A DNA stretch of 64,000 nucleotides. It comes from a bacterium (lineage in GTDB: Bacteria > Elusimicrobiota > Elusimicrobia > Elusimicrobiales > UBA9959). The DNA lies in the NCBI GenBank assembly GCA_021789695.1, contig JAJYJH010000011.1:486-64485 (forward strand). Direction: 5' to 3'. This document shows, piece by piece, positions 8,855 to 17,509 of the stretch; the stretch's first letter is position 1; every line of letters starts with the position of its first letter. A program made the translations under genes and the position numbers. The notes beneath the pieces were generated by a model. That model did no database searches. It was not told the DNA's origin and saw only the letters and a program-made list of their open reading frames with translations.

Positions 8855-10120
8855 TCAGGCCCGGGTCTCTCCTACCCGGGAAGAGCCGCGCGCCGCCGTC
8901 ATCGGGAAGGCCGCCCCCATCCAGCCCAGAGCGAACAGGAAGGCCGTGCCTGGATAGGCGGCGGCCGGCATCGCGCCGGCGGTCCTGGCCAGCGAGACCA
9001 GCGCGGCGGTCAGCCCCTTGGAGAAGCGATAGGTGAAGGCTTCAGCCACCTGCTTTGCGCGGTAGCGGGTGTCGTAGGAGAACGGGATGTACAGCGTCTC
9101 CTTGCTGGCCCTGAAGAGCGAATAATCCAACCCCTTGAACAACAGGAAAGCCAGCGCCGCCATGAAAAGCCGCGGAGACAGCAGCAGGGCGCCAAGCGTG
9201 AGCAGGTGCGCCGCCGGGATGGCCGTCTGGATGCGCCGTATGGAGACGTAGCGCAACAACAGCGGCGTCAGCAGGAACTGCATCGTGAACGAGAATATAT
9301 TCACCTTCATCCAGAACCCGCCGAAGAAGGCGGTGCGCTGGTCCAGCCCCGGGAAAGCGGCCTGCGCCAGCTGCGCGAAGCGCAGTTCCAGCATCGTGGC
9401 CACGACCTGCGTGGCAAAGACGACCAGCGCTATACAAAGTATGGTCCTGTTCTCTTTCAGGATGCTCAGATGCAGATGCCCCTTCCTGCCGTGCGCCTCT
9501 TCGGACGATGGCTTCGGCTCTCCGGCCCTGGCGTAGGCCAGCCAGAAGAGCGCCAGGGCCGGCAGCATCGCCAGGCCAGACATCAGCACGAAGAAATCCG
9601 TATGCAGTAAAACGGCGAAGCGCTCCACCAGCCAGCCGGCTGTCAAAGGACCTATGGCCCCGACGCCGGCCACCGGGCCGTTATAGGCCTTGCCCTCTTC
9701 CTCCCGCAGCGTGCTGTTGATGAACGACCAGTACTGCTCGGCTATAACCACGACGTAGGATTCCTTGAAAACGTAAAGGAGAAAGATCAGCGGCCCCCCC
9801 CCGCCGGCCTTCAGGCCCAGGAAGGCGAGCACGAAGAACGCGGAGCTGGCCAGCATAGAGGCGGCCATCGCTTTTTTGCCGCCTACGGCCGAGAGCAGCC
9901 TGCCGTAGAGGTAAATCAGGAGCGCCATCATGAACGGTACGCAACTCATCGCGTACGGTTTGGCGTCGGCGCCGAAACGGCCTATGAAGATGGACTCCGC
10001 GCTGGAGCGGATGAACTCGTAGCCGCCGAACAGGAAGCCGGCCGAAAGGCCGGCGAACAGCATGGCCAGCGCTACGCGGCGCCCGCGCTCCGTTCTCAGC
10101 GATCCAAGGAATGCTTTCAT
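8855..10120 (-). CDS. Polytopic transporter, MFS-like with resemblance to the TLC/Npt ATP:ADP-antiporter family
   Basis: The 421-aa product has about 12 hydrophobic segments. YVFKESYVVVIAEQYWSFINS resembles the TLC-family motif. The substrate is unknown. Confidence 0.5.
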   Translation of the reverse strand: MKAFLGSLRTERGRRVALAMLFAGLSAGFLFGGYEFIRSSAESIFIGRFGADAKPYAMSCVPFMMALLIYLYGRLLSAVGGKKAMAASMLASSAFFVLAFLGLKAGGGGPLIFLLYVFKESYVVVIAEQYWSFINSTLREEEGKAYNGPVAGVGAIGPLTAGWLVERFAVLLHTDFFVLMSGLAMLPALALFWLAYARAGEPKPSSEEAHGRKGHLHLSILKENRTILCIALVVFATQVVATMLELRFAQLAQAAFPGLDQRTAFFGGFWMKVNIFSFTMQFLLTPLLLRYVSIRRIQTAIPAAHLLTLGALLLSPRLFMAALAFLLFKGLDYSLFRASKETLYIPFSYDTRYRAKQVAEAFTYRFSKGLTAALVSLARTAGAMPAAAYPGTAFLFALGWMGAAFPMTAARGSSRVGETRA

Positions 10121-10223
10121 GGTCCGTTCCGGAAATAAACGCCGCTCCGGCAGCCTATAATCTCCCTAAAAAGACCCGGCGCCCGCAGAAGCGGACGCCG
10201 GGCAAACCGCGCGGACCAAAGGC

Positions 10224-10430
10224 TTACTTGCCTTTCTTCTCCGCGGGCTTCGCCTCGGGCGTGGCGGCCGGGGCGGGGGTCGCGGCCTGGGCGGCCGGGG
10301 CGGCCTCGGTCGCGGTGCCGGCTACCTGCTCGTTCGCGGCGGGCGCGGGAGCGGCGGCCTCCTGCTTCTTGCAGGCCACTGCACAGAACAGCGCCGCCAG
10401 GGGCAGCGCGAAGAGTACTGTCTTTTTCAT
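10224..10430 (-). CDS. Small lipoprotein, Ala/Pro-rich
   Basis: MKKTVLFALPLAALFCAVAC contains a lipobox Cys and is followed by a low-complexity AP-rich tail. 68 aa. Confidence 0.55.
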   Translation of the reverse strand: MKKTVLFALPLAALFCAVACKKQEAAAPAPAANEQVAGTATEAAPAAQAATPAPAATPEAKPAEKKGK

Positions 10431-10573
10431 TTTACTATTTCTCCTGTAATATCCCGCGGCTTAGGCGCCTGCGGGTACAATTCCTAAATCGCGAAAAGAG
10501 CGGCCCTTCGACCGCCACCTTCATTAAAAATATCACATTTTCACGTCGGAAATCAAGGCCCCCGGGCCCGCGC

Positions 10574-11779
10574 CTAGAGTCTGAAGCTCCCGTTCTCGTA
10601 GATGGTGAGTTTCCGGCCGCTTTTCAGCGTGGCCGTGACCTTCTTGTCCTCGATGTTGATCATGTCCCAGTGTACCGCGGAGTCGTTGTAGCCCAGCCGC
10701 TTCTTGGCTGCCTCGTTAAGCTTGCCAGGGTCTCCGTCGAAGGTGTCGGTATAGGAACTGCCGATGGCGATATGGCAGTTGCCGTATTTCCCGCCGTGGT
10801 TTTCGTCGAACAAGATGTCGGCCATGAACCTGTCTATCTTGGAGAAGCGGCGGTCCGTCAGCGAATACTCGCCCACCTGCGCGGCGCCGCGGTCCGTGGC
10901 GACCACCTTCTTCACGTACTCGCTCCCCTTCTCTGCCGACACCTTGACCGCGCGGCCATTCTTGAACTCAAGGCGTATCTTCTCCACGTAGTTGCCGCCG
11001 CGGAACGTTGGCAGGTTGGCGTAGTAGACGCCCCTGGTGCCGCGCCAGTCCGGCGAGGTAAAGATCTCAAAGCTCGGGATGTTGTGGCCGCTGATGCCGA
11101 GGAACTTGCGCCTCTCGCCCAGTTTCACCTCGAAGTCCATCGAGGCGGACTCGGTGCGTATGGTGTCTATGCCGAGCGCGTTGAGCCACTTCTTTATGGC
11201 CGTGCTCTCCTTGTAGACCTGCGCCCACTTCTTGGCCGGGTCTGGCTCGTTCAGGTAACAGGCCTTGGCGATCTGCGCGGCGTACTCCTTTATGGAGAGG
11301 TTGGCCTGGCGGGCGAGCTCCTCCGTGGGGTAGGTGCACAGCGTCCAAGCAAAAAGCCCCTTCTCTTCGCGCCTGTTGCGTATGTCGAAGAGCGGCTTCT
11401 TGGCTATGGCCACCTGCGACTGCCGCTTGGTGTCGATGTTCTTAAGGTGCGTCAGCGAGGCCGGCGCATGGATGTAGACGTAGCCGTTGAGACCCTCGTA
11501 GAGCGCCTTATCCCAGGCGCCGAGGGCACCACGCTGCTTCTCGTCGGAGTACTTGTAGAAATCGTGCTCTATGCCCGGCGTAGGCAGAAAATTGAAAACC
11601 ACGTTGAAGCCGCGCCGCACCAGGCGGCGGTGCACCAGTTCGCCGAGGTCCTTCGCCTCCAGGTCGCAGCGCACCAGCACGGTCTCGTACTTTTGGTAGG
11701 GCTTGCGGTGAGCCGTGGTCAGGCCCCATACCAGCGCGTCAGCGTATTTCTCTAACTGTCGGGCGGAAAAAACACTCAT
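10574..11779 (-). CDS. Aminopeptidase, M29 (AmpS/PepS/aminopeptidase T) family
   Basis: The 401-aa product resembles thermophilic metalloprotease M29 over its full length (N-terminus LEKYADALV, C-terminus HIAIGSSY...VHWDMI). Confidence 0.8.
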   Translation of the reverse strand: MSVFSARQLEKYADALVWGLTTAHRKPYQKYETVLVRCDLEAKDLGELVHRRLVRRGFNVVFNFLPTPGIEHDFYKYSDEKQRGALGAWDKALYEGLNGYVYIHAPASLTHLKNIDTKRQSQVAIAKKPLFDIRNRREEKGLFAWTLCTYPTEELARQANLSIKEYAAQIAKACYLNEPDPAKKWAQVYKESTAIKKWLNALGIDTIRTESASMDFEVKLGERRKFLGISGHNIPSFEIFTSPDWRGTRGVYYANLPTFRGGNYVEKIRLEFKNGRAVKVSAEKGSEYVKKVVATDRGAAQVGEYSLTDRRFSKIDRFMADILFDENHGGKYGNCHIAIGSSYTDTFDGDPGKLNEAAKKRLGYNDSAVHWDMINIEDKKVTATLKSGRKLTIYENGSFRL

Positions 11780-11817
11780 GTGGCACCTCCTGTGTTACGG
11801 CTGCGTGTCTTTGCTGA

Positions 11818-12323
11818 TTATATGTAATCGGGCCTAGCGCCGCAAAGGGCCACCGGCGGCCCGCCTTTTTTGCCGCGCGCCGCGCGCAGTTCCAGCGCGG
11901 CCAGGGGCTCCTTTCCCGGCACCGCCACGGCGAAGATGAACGGACGGTAAAGCACCGCGAGCAGTCCCGCCCACATCCCGGCCCGCTCCCCGAAGGCGCG
12001 CTCGCCTAACTTCATAGCCAGCACGCAGGTCAGCGAACCGGCCAGGACCTGCAGCCAGAGCGCCCAGGCGGCATGATGCCCGAAGAAGCCTGTAAAAAAC
12101 CCCCGGAAGAGTAGGGATAGGGCGGCGACTGAGAAAAGGCTGTGGAACGGACCAGCCCGCCGCGGGCTATCTCCATGGCCCACCCGTCGTAGGACCAGGC
12201 ATCGGAATTAAGCGCGCCCAGGTAGGGCAGGCGCAGCCACTGCGGCAGGAACGCCGCCAGGAAGACCAGCGGCCCGCGCGCGCGGAAATCGCGGTTCTTT
12301 TTTATTTCGTGGACAGGAACCAC
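11818..12323 (-). pseudogene. Remnant of an ArnT/PMT-type (GT39/GT83-like) membrane glycosyltransferase, frameshifted and truncated
   Basis: Two overlapping ORFs in different frames (12323-12030 and 12183-11818) together read like the first ~190 aa of a PMT_2/ArnT protein (LRLPYLGALNSDAWSYDGWAMEIARGG, then FGHHAAWALWLQVLAGSLTCVLAMKLGERAFGERAGMWAGLLAVLYRPF). The reading frame then stops, whereas intact family members are about 500 aa. Confidence 0.5.
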
Positions 12324-12345
12324 CGCACGGCTCCGGGCGGACGGC

Positions 12346-14988
12346 TCAGCCAGCGATCCGTTTGTCTATCACCCGTCGTATCTTGCCGGTGCGCTGCACA
12401 CGCTCTATGGAATTGGGAGCGAGCACCTCTATCTCCGGCTTCTCCAGCCATTTCAGCCGCACGCTCTCGTGCAGGTCTTCGCAGTGCTTCACCAACTCGC
12501 GCCAGAGCAGGTCGCCCAGCTCCCCGGCGCGGGCCAGCGCGGCCTGATCGGCCGTCTCAGCGCGTATGACCAGCGTGTCCCGGTGGCCTTTTTTGCCTAT
12601 GACCACTTGGAAATTGAAGGTCAGGTCAGGCACCTTGCCCAGCGCCTCCTGGATATCGTTGACAAAGAGGTGCGCGCCGCCGACGTGGATGCGGTCGTCG
12701 CAGCGGCCGAGGATCTCTAAAAGCGGCTCCTTGCGGCCGCAGGCGCACGGCTTGTTTATCCAGCGCCCGAGGTCGCCTACGCGGTAGCGGATGATAGGCA
12801 TCAACTTCTTAGAAAGCCCGGTCACGACCAGTTCGCCTATCTCGCCCTTCTTGACCGGCTCCAGCGTGTCCTGGTTCACGAACTCTACGTACTGGCTCAT
12901 CGCGAACAGGTGGTGCTGGCCCTTAACGCAGTGCGGGCACTGGAAGCCCACCACGCCGGCGTCGGCGGTGGCGTAGGCGGCCGAGCGCACCTTCGCGCCG
13001 GGGAAAACGCCTTCAAAGAAGCGCACCATCTCGGTCCCGACGTACTCGCCGCCGTAGAAGATAGTGCGCAGCGGTATCCTGTACTTCCCTTTACCGGCCT
13101 TCACGAACTCGGCCAGCTTCACAAGGAACGATGGCAGGCCGACCACGGCCGTCGTCTGGAAGTCCTGCAGGTAACCGGCGATGTTCTCCACCGGCAGGTT
13201 GCTGCCTACCGGCACCGAGATGGCCTTGGTATAGGAAATGGCTTTTTCTACGGACAGCCAGCTGGACCAGAGGTTGCCGGCCACGAACAGGTTGGCTATA
13301 ACGTCCTTCTCGCCCAGGCCGCAGGCCTCCATGGAGTATGCGAGCATCCGGCAGGTATGGTCGTACTCCTTCTGATCGTAGAAGACGTACTTCGGCTGGC
13401 CGGTGGAGCCGCCGCTGGCGAAGAAGATACCGCGCTGCACCGGGCCGGTCAGCAGGTCCGGGCTGTCAGGCGGGGTGTTCTCCAGCACATGGTGCTTCTC
13501 AAGGAACGGCACGTGCTGGAAGTCCTCCAGCGAAACTATACGGGGCACGTCCTTGAAGTGCCGCTTGTAGAACGGGCTCCTGGAGCGGGCGTAGTCCACC
13601 AGCTCGCTCAGGCGGTCGAGTTGAGAGGGCTTCTCCTCTATGGGCACCCAGTTCACCAGGGACATCATCGGGAAGATGCCGTCGTGCGGCGAGCCGTTGG
13701 CCTCCTCCAGCATCCTGCCCAGCCGCACCACGCGGGCTATGCCGGCGGGCCCGAGCGTTTCCAGCACCTTCCTGCGCTCTATCGAACCGCCTACGCCTAC
13801 GGTCTGGATATAGCCGCGCAGCGGCAGCAGCTGGTCGCGCACCTGTTCCAGAGTCTCTACCGTCTTGACGTAGAGCACGCGGTTCAGGGGTGAGACCCTG
13901 TACGCCGGGTCTTTCTCGTATATGACGGTCCAGGCGGTGGAAGGGGCAGAGCTGGCGTACGACGCGTTCCCCAGGGCCTGGTCCACCCGGGCCAGCTCCC
14001 TGGCCCGGGTTATCTCCACCTGCTCGTCGGGCGAAAGCCGGCCGGGCGGCAACTCCACGGCTAGCCGGGCGAACTCTTTCTTCGCGCGGCCGAGAAAAGA
14101 AGCGGCCAGCTCCGCGTGGCGCTTCGCCGGCGCGACGAAGTAAAGCGTGTGCAGCGAGGAGCAGGCGGCCTGGTCCCACAGCGAGGCGTCCAGCGCCGCG
14201 CGCGCCGCCACATTGTCCATGCCTTCGTGGTCCACGCAGCTTTCGAAGACCACTCCCACGCTGGTCTTCGGGCCGAAACCCTCTACGCGCACGTCTATGG
14301 GCGCGGCCTGCCGGTAGGCCTGCACGGCGTCGTAGCCGCCCCAGACGAACACGGCGTTGACGTACTTCAGCGCGGCCTCCTCGAGCCCTTGGCTGCCGCC
14401 CTTCCAGGAGAGTACGGCCGCTGAACCGGCCAGCAGGCCTTTCGCGTCGGCCTCCTTCAGCGCCTCCATGAACAGGTTGATGAAGTTGGAACCGGAGGAG
14501 GACAGCTTTACGACGTTGACGTTCTTGGTCAGAAAGCCTATGACCATGGAGTCGAGGATGCCGAGGAAGACGTTGCCGGCACCCACGTGCAGCACTACGC
14601 CCTTCGGCATCGCGCGCAAGAGCCCCTCGTAGCCGCGCCTCTCCACGGAGGTCTCCAGCGCGTAAGGCAGGAAGAGTTCCATATTCAGGCGCTTGCTCAA
14701 CGCCTGCCTGTCGAGCAGCTCCGGGATGACCTCGAGGGTGCGGTCTATGACCTCGGGGGAGAAGGAGATCTGTCCCTTCAGGGCCGAGAGGGCGGCCTTG
14801 CGGTACTTCGCGCCTTTTTCGAACAGCTTGCCGGCCCGGGCCAGGGTGTCCACGATGTATTCCCGCGGGGTCCCGCGCAACGGCCCGCAGGCCGCCTGCG
14901 CCCTACGTCCTATCTCCTCTATCTCTGCCGGGGTCCAGGAGGACCTGTCGAGCGCTTCTCCGAAAAGGTAGGTGTTGTGTATCTTCAT
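12346..14988 (-). CDS. Fusion protein: LuxC-like acyl-CoA/acyl-protein reductase (N-terminal half) plus a PaaK/F390-synthetase-like adenylate-forming enzyme (C-terminal half)
   Basis: The N-half carries LHVGAGNVFLGILDSMVIG and WDQAACSS (Cys codon 14161-14163), as in the LuxC/aldehyde-dehydrogenase fold. The C-half carries FFASGGSTGQPKYVFY, an adenylation P-loop, and has PaaK-like length. I place the start at ATG 14986-14988, which forms an ATGA overlap with the upstream stop. The track start at 15015 is a TTG. Confidence 0.75.
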   Translation of the reverse strand: MKIHNTYLFGEALDRSSWTPAEIEEIGRRAQAACGPLRGTPREYIVDTLARAGKLFEKGAKYRKAALSALKGQISFSPEVIDRTLEVIPELLDRQALSKRLNMELFLPYALETSVERRGYEGLLRAMPKGVVLHVGAGNVFLGILDSMVIGFLTKNVNVVKLSSSGSNFINLFMEALKEADAKGLLAGSAAVLSWKGGSQGLEEAALKYVNAVFVWGGYDAVQAYRQAAPIDVRVEGFGPKTSVGVVFESCVDHEGMDNVAARAALDASLWDQAACSSLHTLYFVAPAKRHAELAASFLGRAKKEFARLAVELPPGRLSPDEQVEITRARELARVDQALGNASYASSAPSTAWTVIYEKDPAYRVSPLNRVLYVKTVETLEQVRDQLLPLRGYIQTVGVGGSIERRKVLETLGPAGIARVVRLGRMLEEANGSPHDGIFPMMSLVNWVPIEEKPSQLDRLSELVDYARSRSPFYKRHFKDVPRIVSLEDFQHVPFLEKHHVLENTPPDSPDLLTGPVQRGIFFASGGSTGQPKYVFYDQKEYDHTCRMLAYSMEACGLGEKDVIANLFVAGNLWSSWLSVEKAISYTKAISVPVGSNLPVENIAGYLQDFQTTAVVGLPSFLVKLAEFVKAGKGKYRIPLRTIFYGGEYVGTEMVRFFEGVFPGAKVRSAAYATADAGVVGFQCPHCVKGQHHLFAMSQYVEFVNQDTLEPVKKGEIGELVVTGLSKKLMPIIRYRVGDLGRWINKPCACGRKEPLLEILGRCDDRIHVGGAHLFVNDIQEALGKVPDLTFNFQVVIGKKGHRDTLVIRAETADQAALARAGELGDLLWRELVKHCEDLHESVRLKWLEKPEIEVLAPNSIERVQRTGKIRRVIDKRIAG

Positions 14989-16199
14989 AGCATCGTCGAG
15001 GCCGAGATGGCGCAACCCTTTAGCTTCTTCACTCCGGCCCGGCCTTTTATCTCCAGCACAGGCCCTGGCAGGCCGCAGGAGCAGCGCGCCCGTACCAGCC
15101 CGAAGTCCGAAGACAGGACCGACAGCGAGGGGTAACTGGTCAGGTACGGCGTTAGGAACTGCAGCAGGCCCGGCTTTCCGTAACCAAGCGGCTCGAGAGT
15201 GCCCGGATCCCGCGCTATCACGCGCCCGTAGTTAGGAATATGGAAGTTCCCCAACCGGCAGTCCACATAAGGCACTCCGTGCTCCACCATACCGAACAGG
15301 TCCCGCACGTTGGCGACCGGGACGCCGAGACTGTCGGCGAGTATTCCGCGGTAGACCTTCTTGTCCACCGCCTCGTCGGAGAGCGTCTTCCAGCCCCCGC
15401 CGGTCACCACGCTGCTGCCCGGGTTCAGACGCGGGTAACGCCCGTAGCGTTTCTTAAACTCCTCCGTCAGCTTTAGCGCGAAGGCGGGGAAGCCCACCAG
15501 CCTGACCAGACTCCCCGCCTCTTCGGACTTCTTCAGCGCCAGCACCGCGCCGTCGATGTCGAAGTAGAAGTCGTTCTTCTCCCGGCTCCAGCGGAAGGTG
15601 TAGAAGATCTCCCCCTTCTTCGTGAAGCCGGTCAGCAGCTTGTCGGTCCAGGCGGTGCCCAGGTCCCTGGCCACCGCGGGGTCGTAAGTGAAGCAGATGT
15701 AGTCGTGGGCCCGCTGCAGGTCCGTCAGGCCCAGGCCCTCGAAGACCTTCCAAGCCATCCGGCGCACGCGCAACAGCGAGCCCCTGTCCAGTTGTATACG
15801 GCTGCGCTGGCCGGAGGTGCCGCTCGACTTGAGTTCCAGCATTATCCGGGAGGCAGGCAGCGTGTACAGGTCACGCTCCTTCAGCGCGGCGACGAAGATG
15901 AACGGAACGCGGGCCACATCGGCCTCCGCCCTGACCGAGGCCGGCGAAAAACTTTCGGTCCCGTAGAGGGCTTTGAGCACCGGCGCGCGCCGGCCCTGGA
16001 AGTCCAGCGCGGCGCGCATCGCGGCCAGGAAGGCCCGCGAGGTGCGGGGAGAGTATTCGAAAGCGGGCGTCTCGAAGAGCGCGTCCAGCGCGGCGCGGCT
16101 CCCGAGCGGTTTGTAGAAAGGCGGGAGGCGGTCCTCCACTGACAGGTCTGCCACAGGTTGTCTCCTTATGACCAGATGAACGGGGGTCCCGGGCCTCAC
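14985..16199 (-). CDS. LuxE-like acyl-protein synthetase (adenylate-forming)
   Basis: The 404-aa product has an LKSSGTSGQRSRI P-loop and LuxE-like length and layout. The GTG start overlaps the upstream GNAT stop (GTGA at 16196-16199). Confidence 0.7.
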   Translation of the reverse strand: MRPGTPVHLVIRRQPVADLSVEDRLPPFYKPLGSRAALDALFETPAFEYSPRTSRAFLAAMRAALDFQGRRAPVLKALYGTESFSPASVRAEADVARVPFIFVAALKERDLYTLPASRIMLELKSSGTSGQRSRIQLDRGSLLRVRRMAWKVFEGLGLTDLQRAHDYICFTYDPAVARDLGTAWTDKLLTGFTKKGEIFYTFRWSREKNDFYFDIDGAVLALKKSEEAGSLVRLVGFPAFALKLTEEFKKRYGRYPRLNPGSSVVTGGGWKTLSDEAVDKKVYRGILADSLGVPVANVRDLFGMVEHGVPYVDCRLGNFHIPNYGRVIARDPGTLEPLGYGKPGLLQFLTPYLTSYPSLSVLSSDFGLVRARCSCGLPGPVLEIKGRAGVKKLKGCAISASTML

Positions 16200-17413
16200 T
16201 GGGACCGGGGTCCCTCCTGTTTGGCTTCCGTTTGGAAGACCGACTCAATGTAGTTCTCGCGCCAGAGCTTCAGGTATTCGTTAAGGAAATTCTTGTAGAG
16301 CGAGATGATCTTGACGTTGCGGAAGTCCAGCATGTCGAACGTGCGCGAGAACACCACGCAATCGTAGCGCGCCTCCCCCATGCGCTTGGCGCAGGGAAAA
16401 TAAGCGCTCGGAATGTAGCGGGCGTCCAGCGCCTCGCGCTGCAGCTCCGGGGAATAGGCCTCTATGACGACCTCGACGTAGGCCATATTCATGTCGCTGA
16501 CCTTTCGCGCCACGCTCTCCAGCACGACGGCGAAGCTCTTTTCGTTAGTCACGCCCCCGATTATCGCGCTATAGCGGTCCTTGAGGCTGACCGTCAGGTA
16601 GACCTCGGTGCCCTGGTCCGGGGTGATCAGGATCAGGTTGGGCTCATGGAACGGCATCACGATGTGCTCGAAGAAACTGTTGTGTTTCGTCCGCATGTAG
16701 CGGGCCTTGACGAACTCAGGGGCGTCTATCACTTCGAAGTTTAGCAGCGGGATCTTCTTACGGTGGTCGCTATAAGGCCCATTCGCGTCCCTGACCTGCG
16801 GGTCCTCCAATTTAATCTGGCGCCTGACTATTTCGTAGAAGGGGACTATCTCCGGTATGATGACCGGCGTGGCGCGCCGCTGCTGCATGGCGCGCTCGGT
16901 GAAATAGGCGGTCAGGCAGTGCGTCTCGTTGTCCTGCACTTTGTGGGTGTTGGGAAAGATACCGAGCTTAACGAAACCCAGACTCTCGGTCAGCTTCTGC
17001 GGGGCGTAATTGGCGGTGCGAGTGGTGGCGTAGACCAGGTCCACCAGGTTCTTGCCCGACGTGATGTCGTCCAGCACCAGCTTCATCATCGTCTGGGCCA
17101 GGTCCATTTTGCGGAACTCCTGGCTGACCACGGCGCCGAAAGCCTTGGAATTGCGGTACTGCAGGTCCACCTCGTACACCAGGCTACCGACGATGCGTTC
17201 AGCGCACTCCGCGACCATCCAGTAGTAGTCGTCGTCCTCTATCGCGCGGCGCATCTTCTCCCTGTCCATGATTATGGAGATGGGATAGGCCGCGCCGTAG
17301 ACCTCGGCGTAAAGCATCTGTATGCGCCGCATGTCCTGTGTCCTGGCAAGCCGGATGATGACGTCCGGCTTGCCCTCGGTCCTTATCACGTGCTCTATCT
17401 TGTTGTGAGTCAT
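16196..17413 (-). CDS. GNAT-family N-acyltransferase with an additional C-terminal domain of about 230 aa
   Basis: The N-terminal ~170 aa have a GNAT-like layout (IRLARTQDMRRIQMLYAEVYG ... GAVVSQEFRKMDLAQTMM ... ESLGFVKLGIF). The C-terminal half is unassigned and may be a second GNAT-like fold. Confidence 0.65.
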   Translation of the reverse strand: MTHNKIEHVIRTEGKPDVIIRLARTQDMRRIQMLYAEVYGAAYPISIIMDREKMRRAIEDDDYYWMVAECAERIVGSLVYEVDLQYRNSKAFGAVVSQEFRKMDLAQTMMKLVLDDITSGKNLVDLVYATTRTANYAPQKLTESLGFVKLGIFPNTHKVQDNETHCLTAYFTERAMQQRRATPVIIPEIVPFYEIVRRQIKLEDPQVRDANGPYSDHRKKIPLLNFEVIDAPEFVKARYMRTKHNSFFEHIVMPFHEPNLILITPDQGTEVYLTVSLKDRYSAIIGGVTNEKSFAVVLESVARKVSDMNMAYVEVVIEAYSPELQREALDARYIPSAYFPCAKRMGEARYDCVVFSRTFDMLDFRNVKIISLYKNFLNEYLKLWRENYIESVFQTEAKQEGPRSQ

Positions 17414-17509
17414 ACCTCTAAAATCCTTAATCTCCGGGACGGCCCCTCGCTATAATATAGTAAAATTGGACGGGCGTTGGTAATGACCCATGTCAGACTG
17501 GGATACCAG

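Noticed and set aside
10431-10573. 143-bp intergenic region upstream of the small lipoprotein gene as a possible regulatory RNA
   Set aside because: No hairpin, conserved motif or repeat stands out. It is most simply a promoter and 5' UTR, so it is not reported as a feature.
12346-16199. Interpreting the luxC/luxE homologues as a bioluminescence (lux) operon
   Set aside because: No luxA/luxB luciferase or luxD acyltransferase genes are present. The reductase is fused to a second adenylating enzyme, and the partner gene is a GNAT. Only the acid-activation and reduction chemistry is shared.
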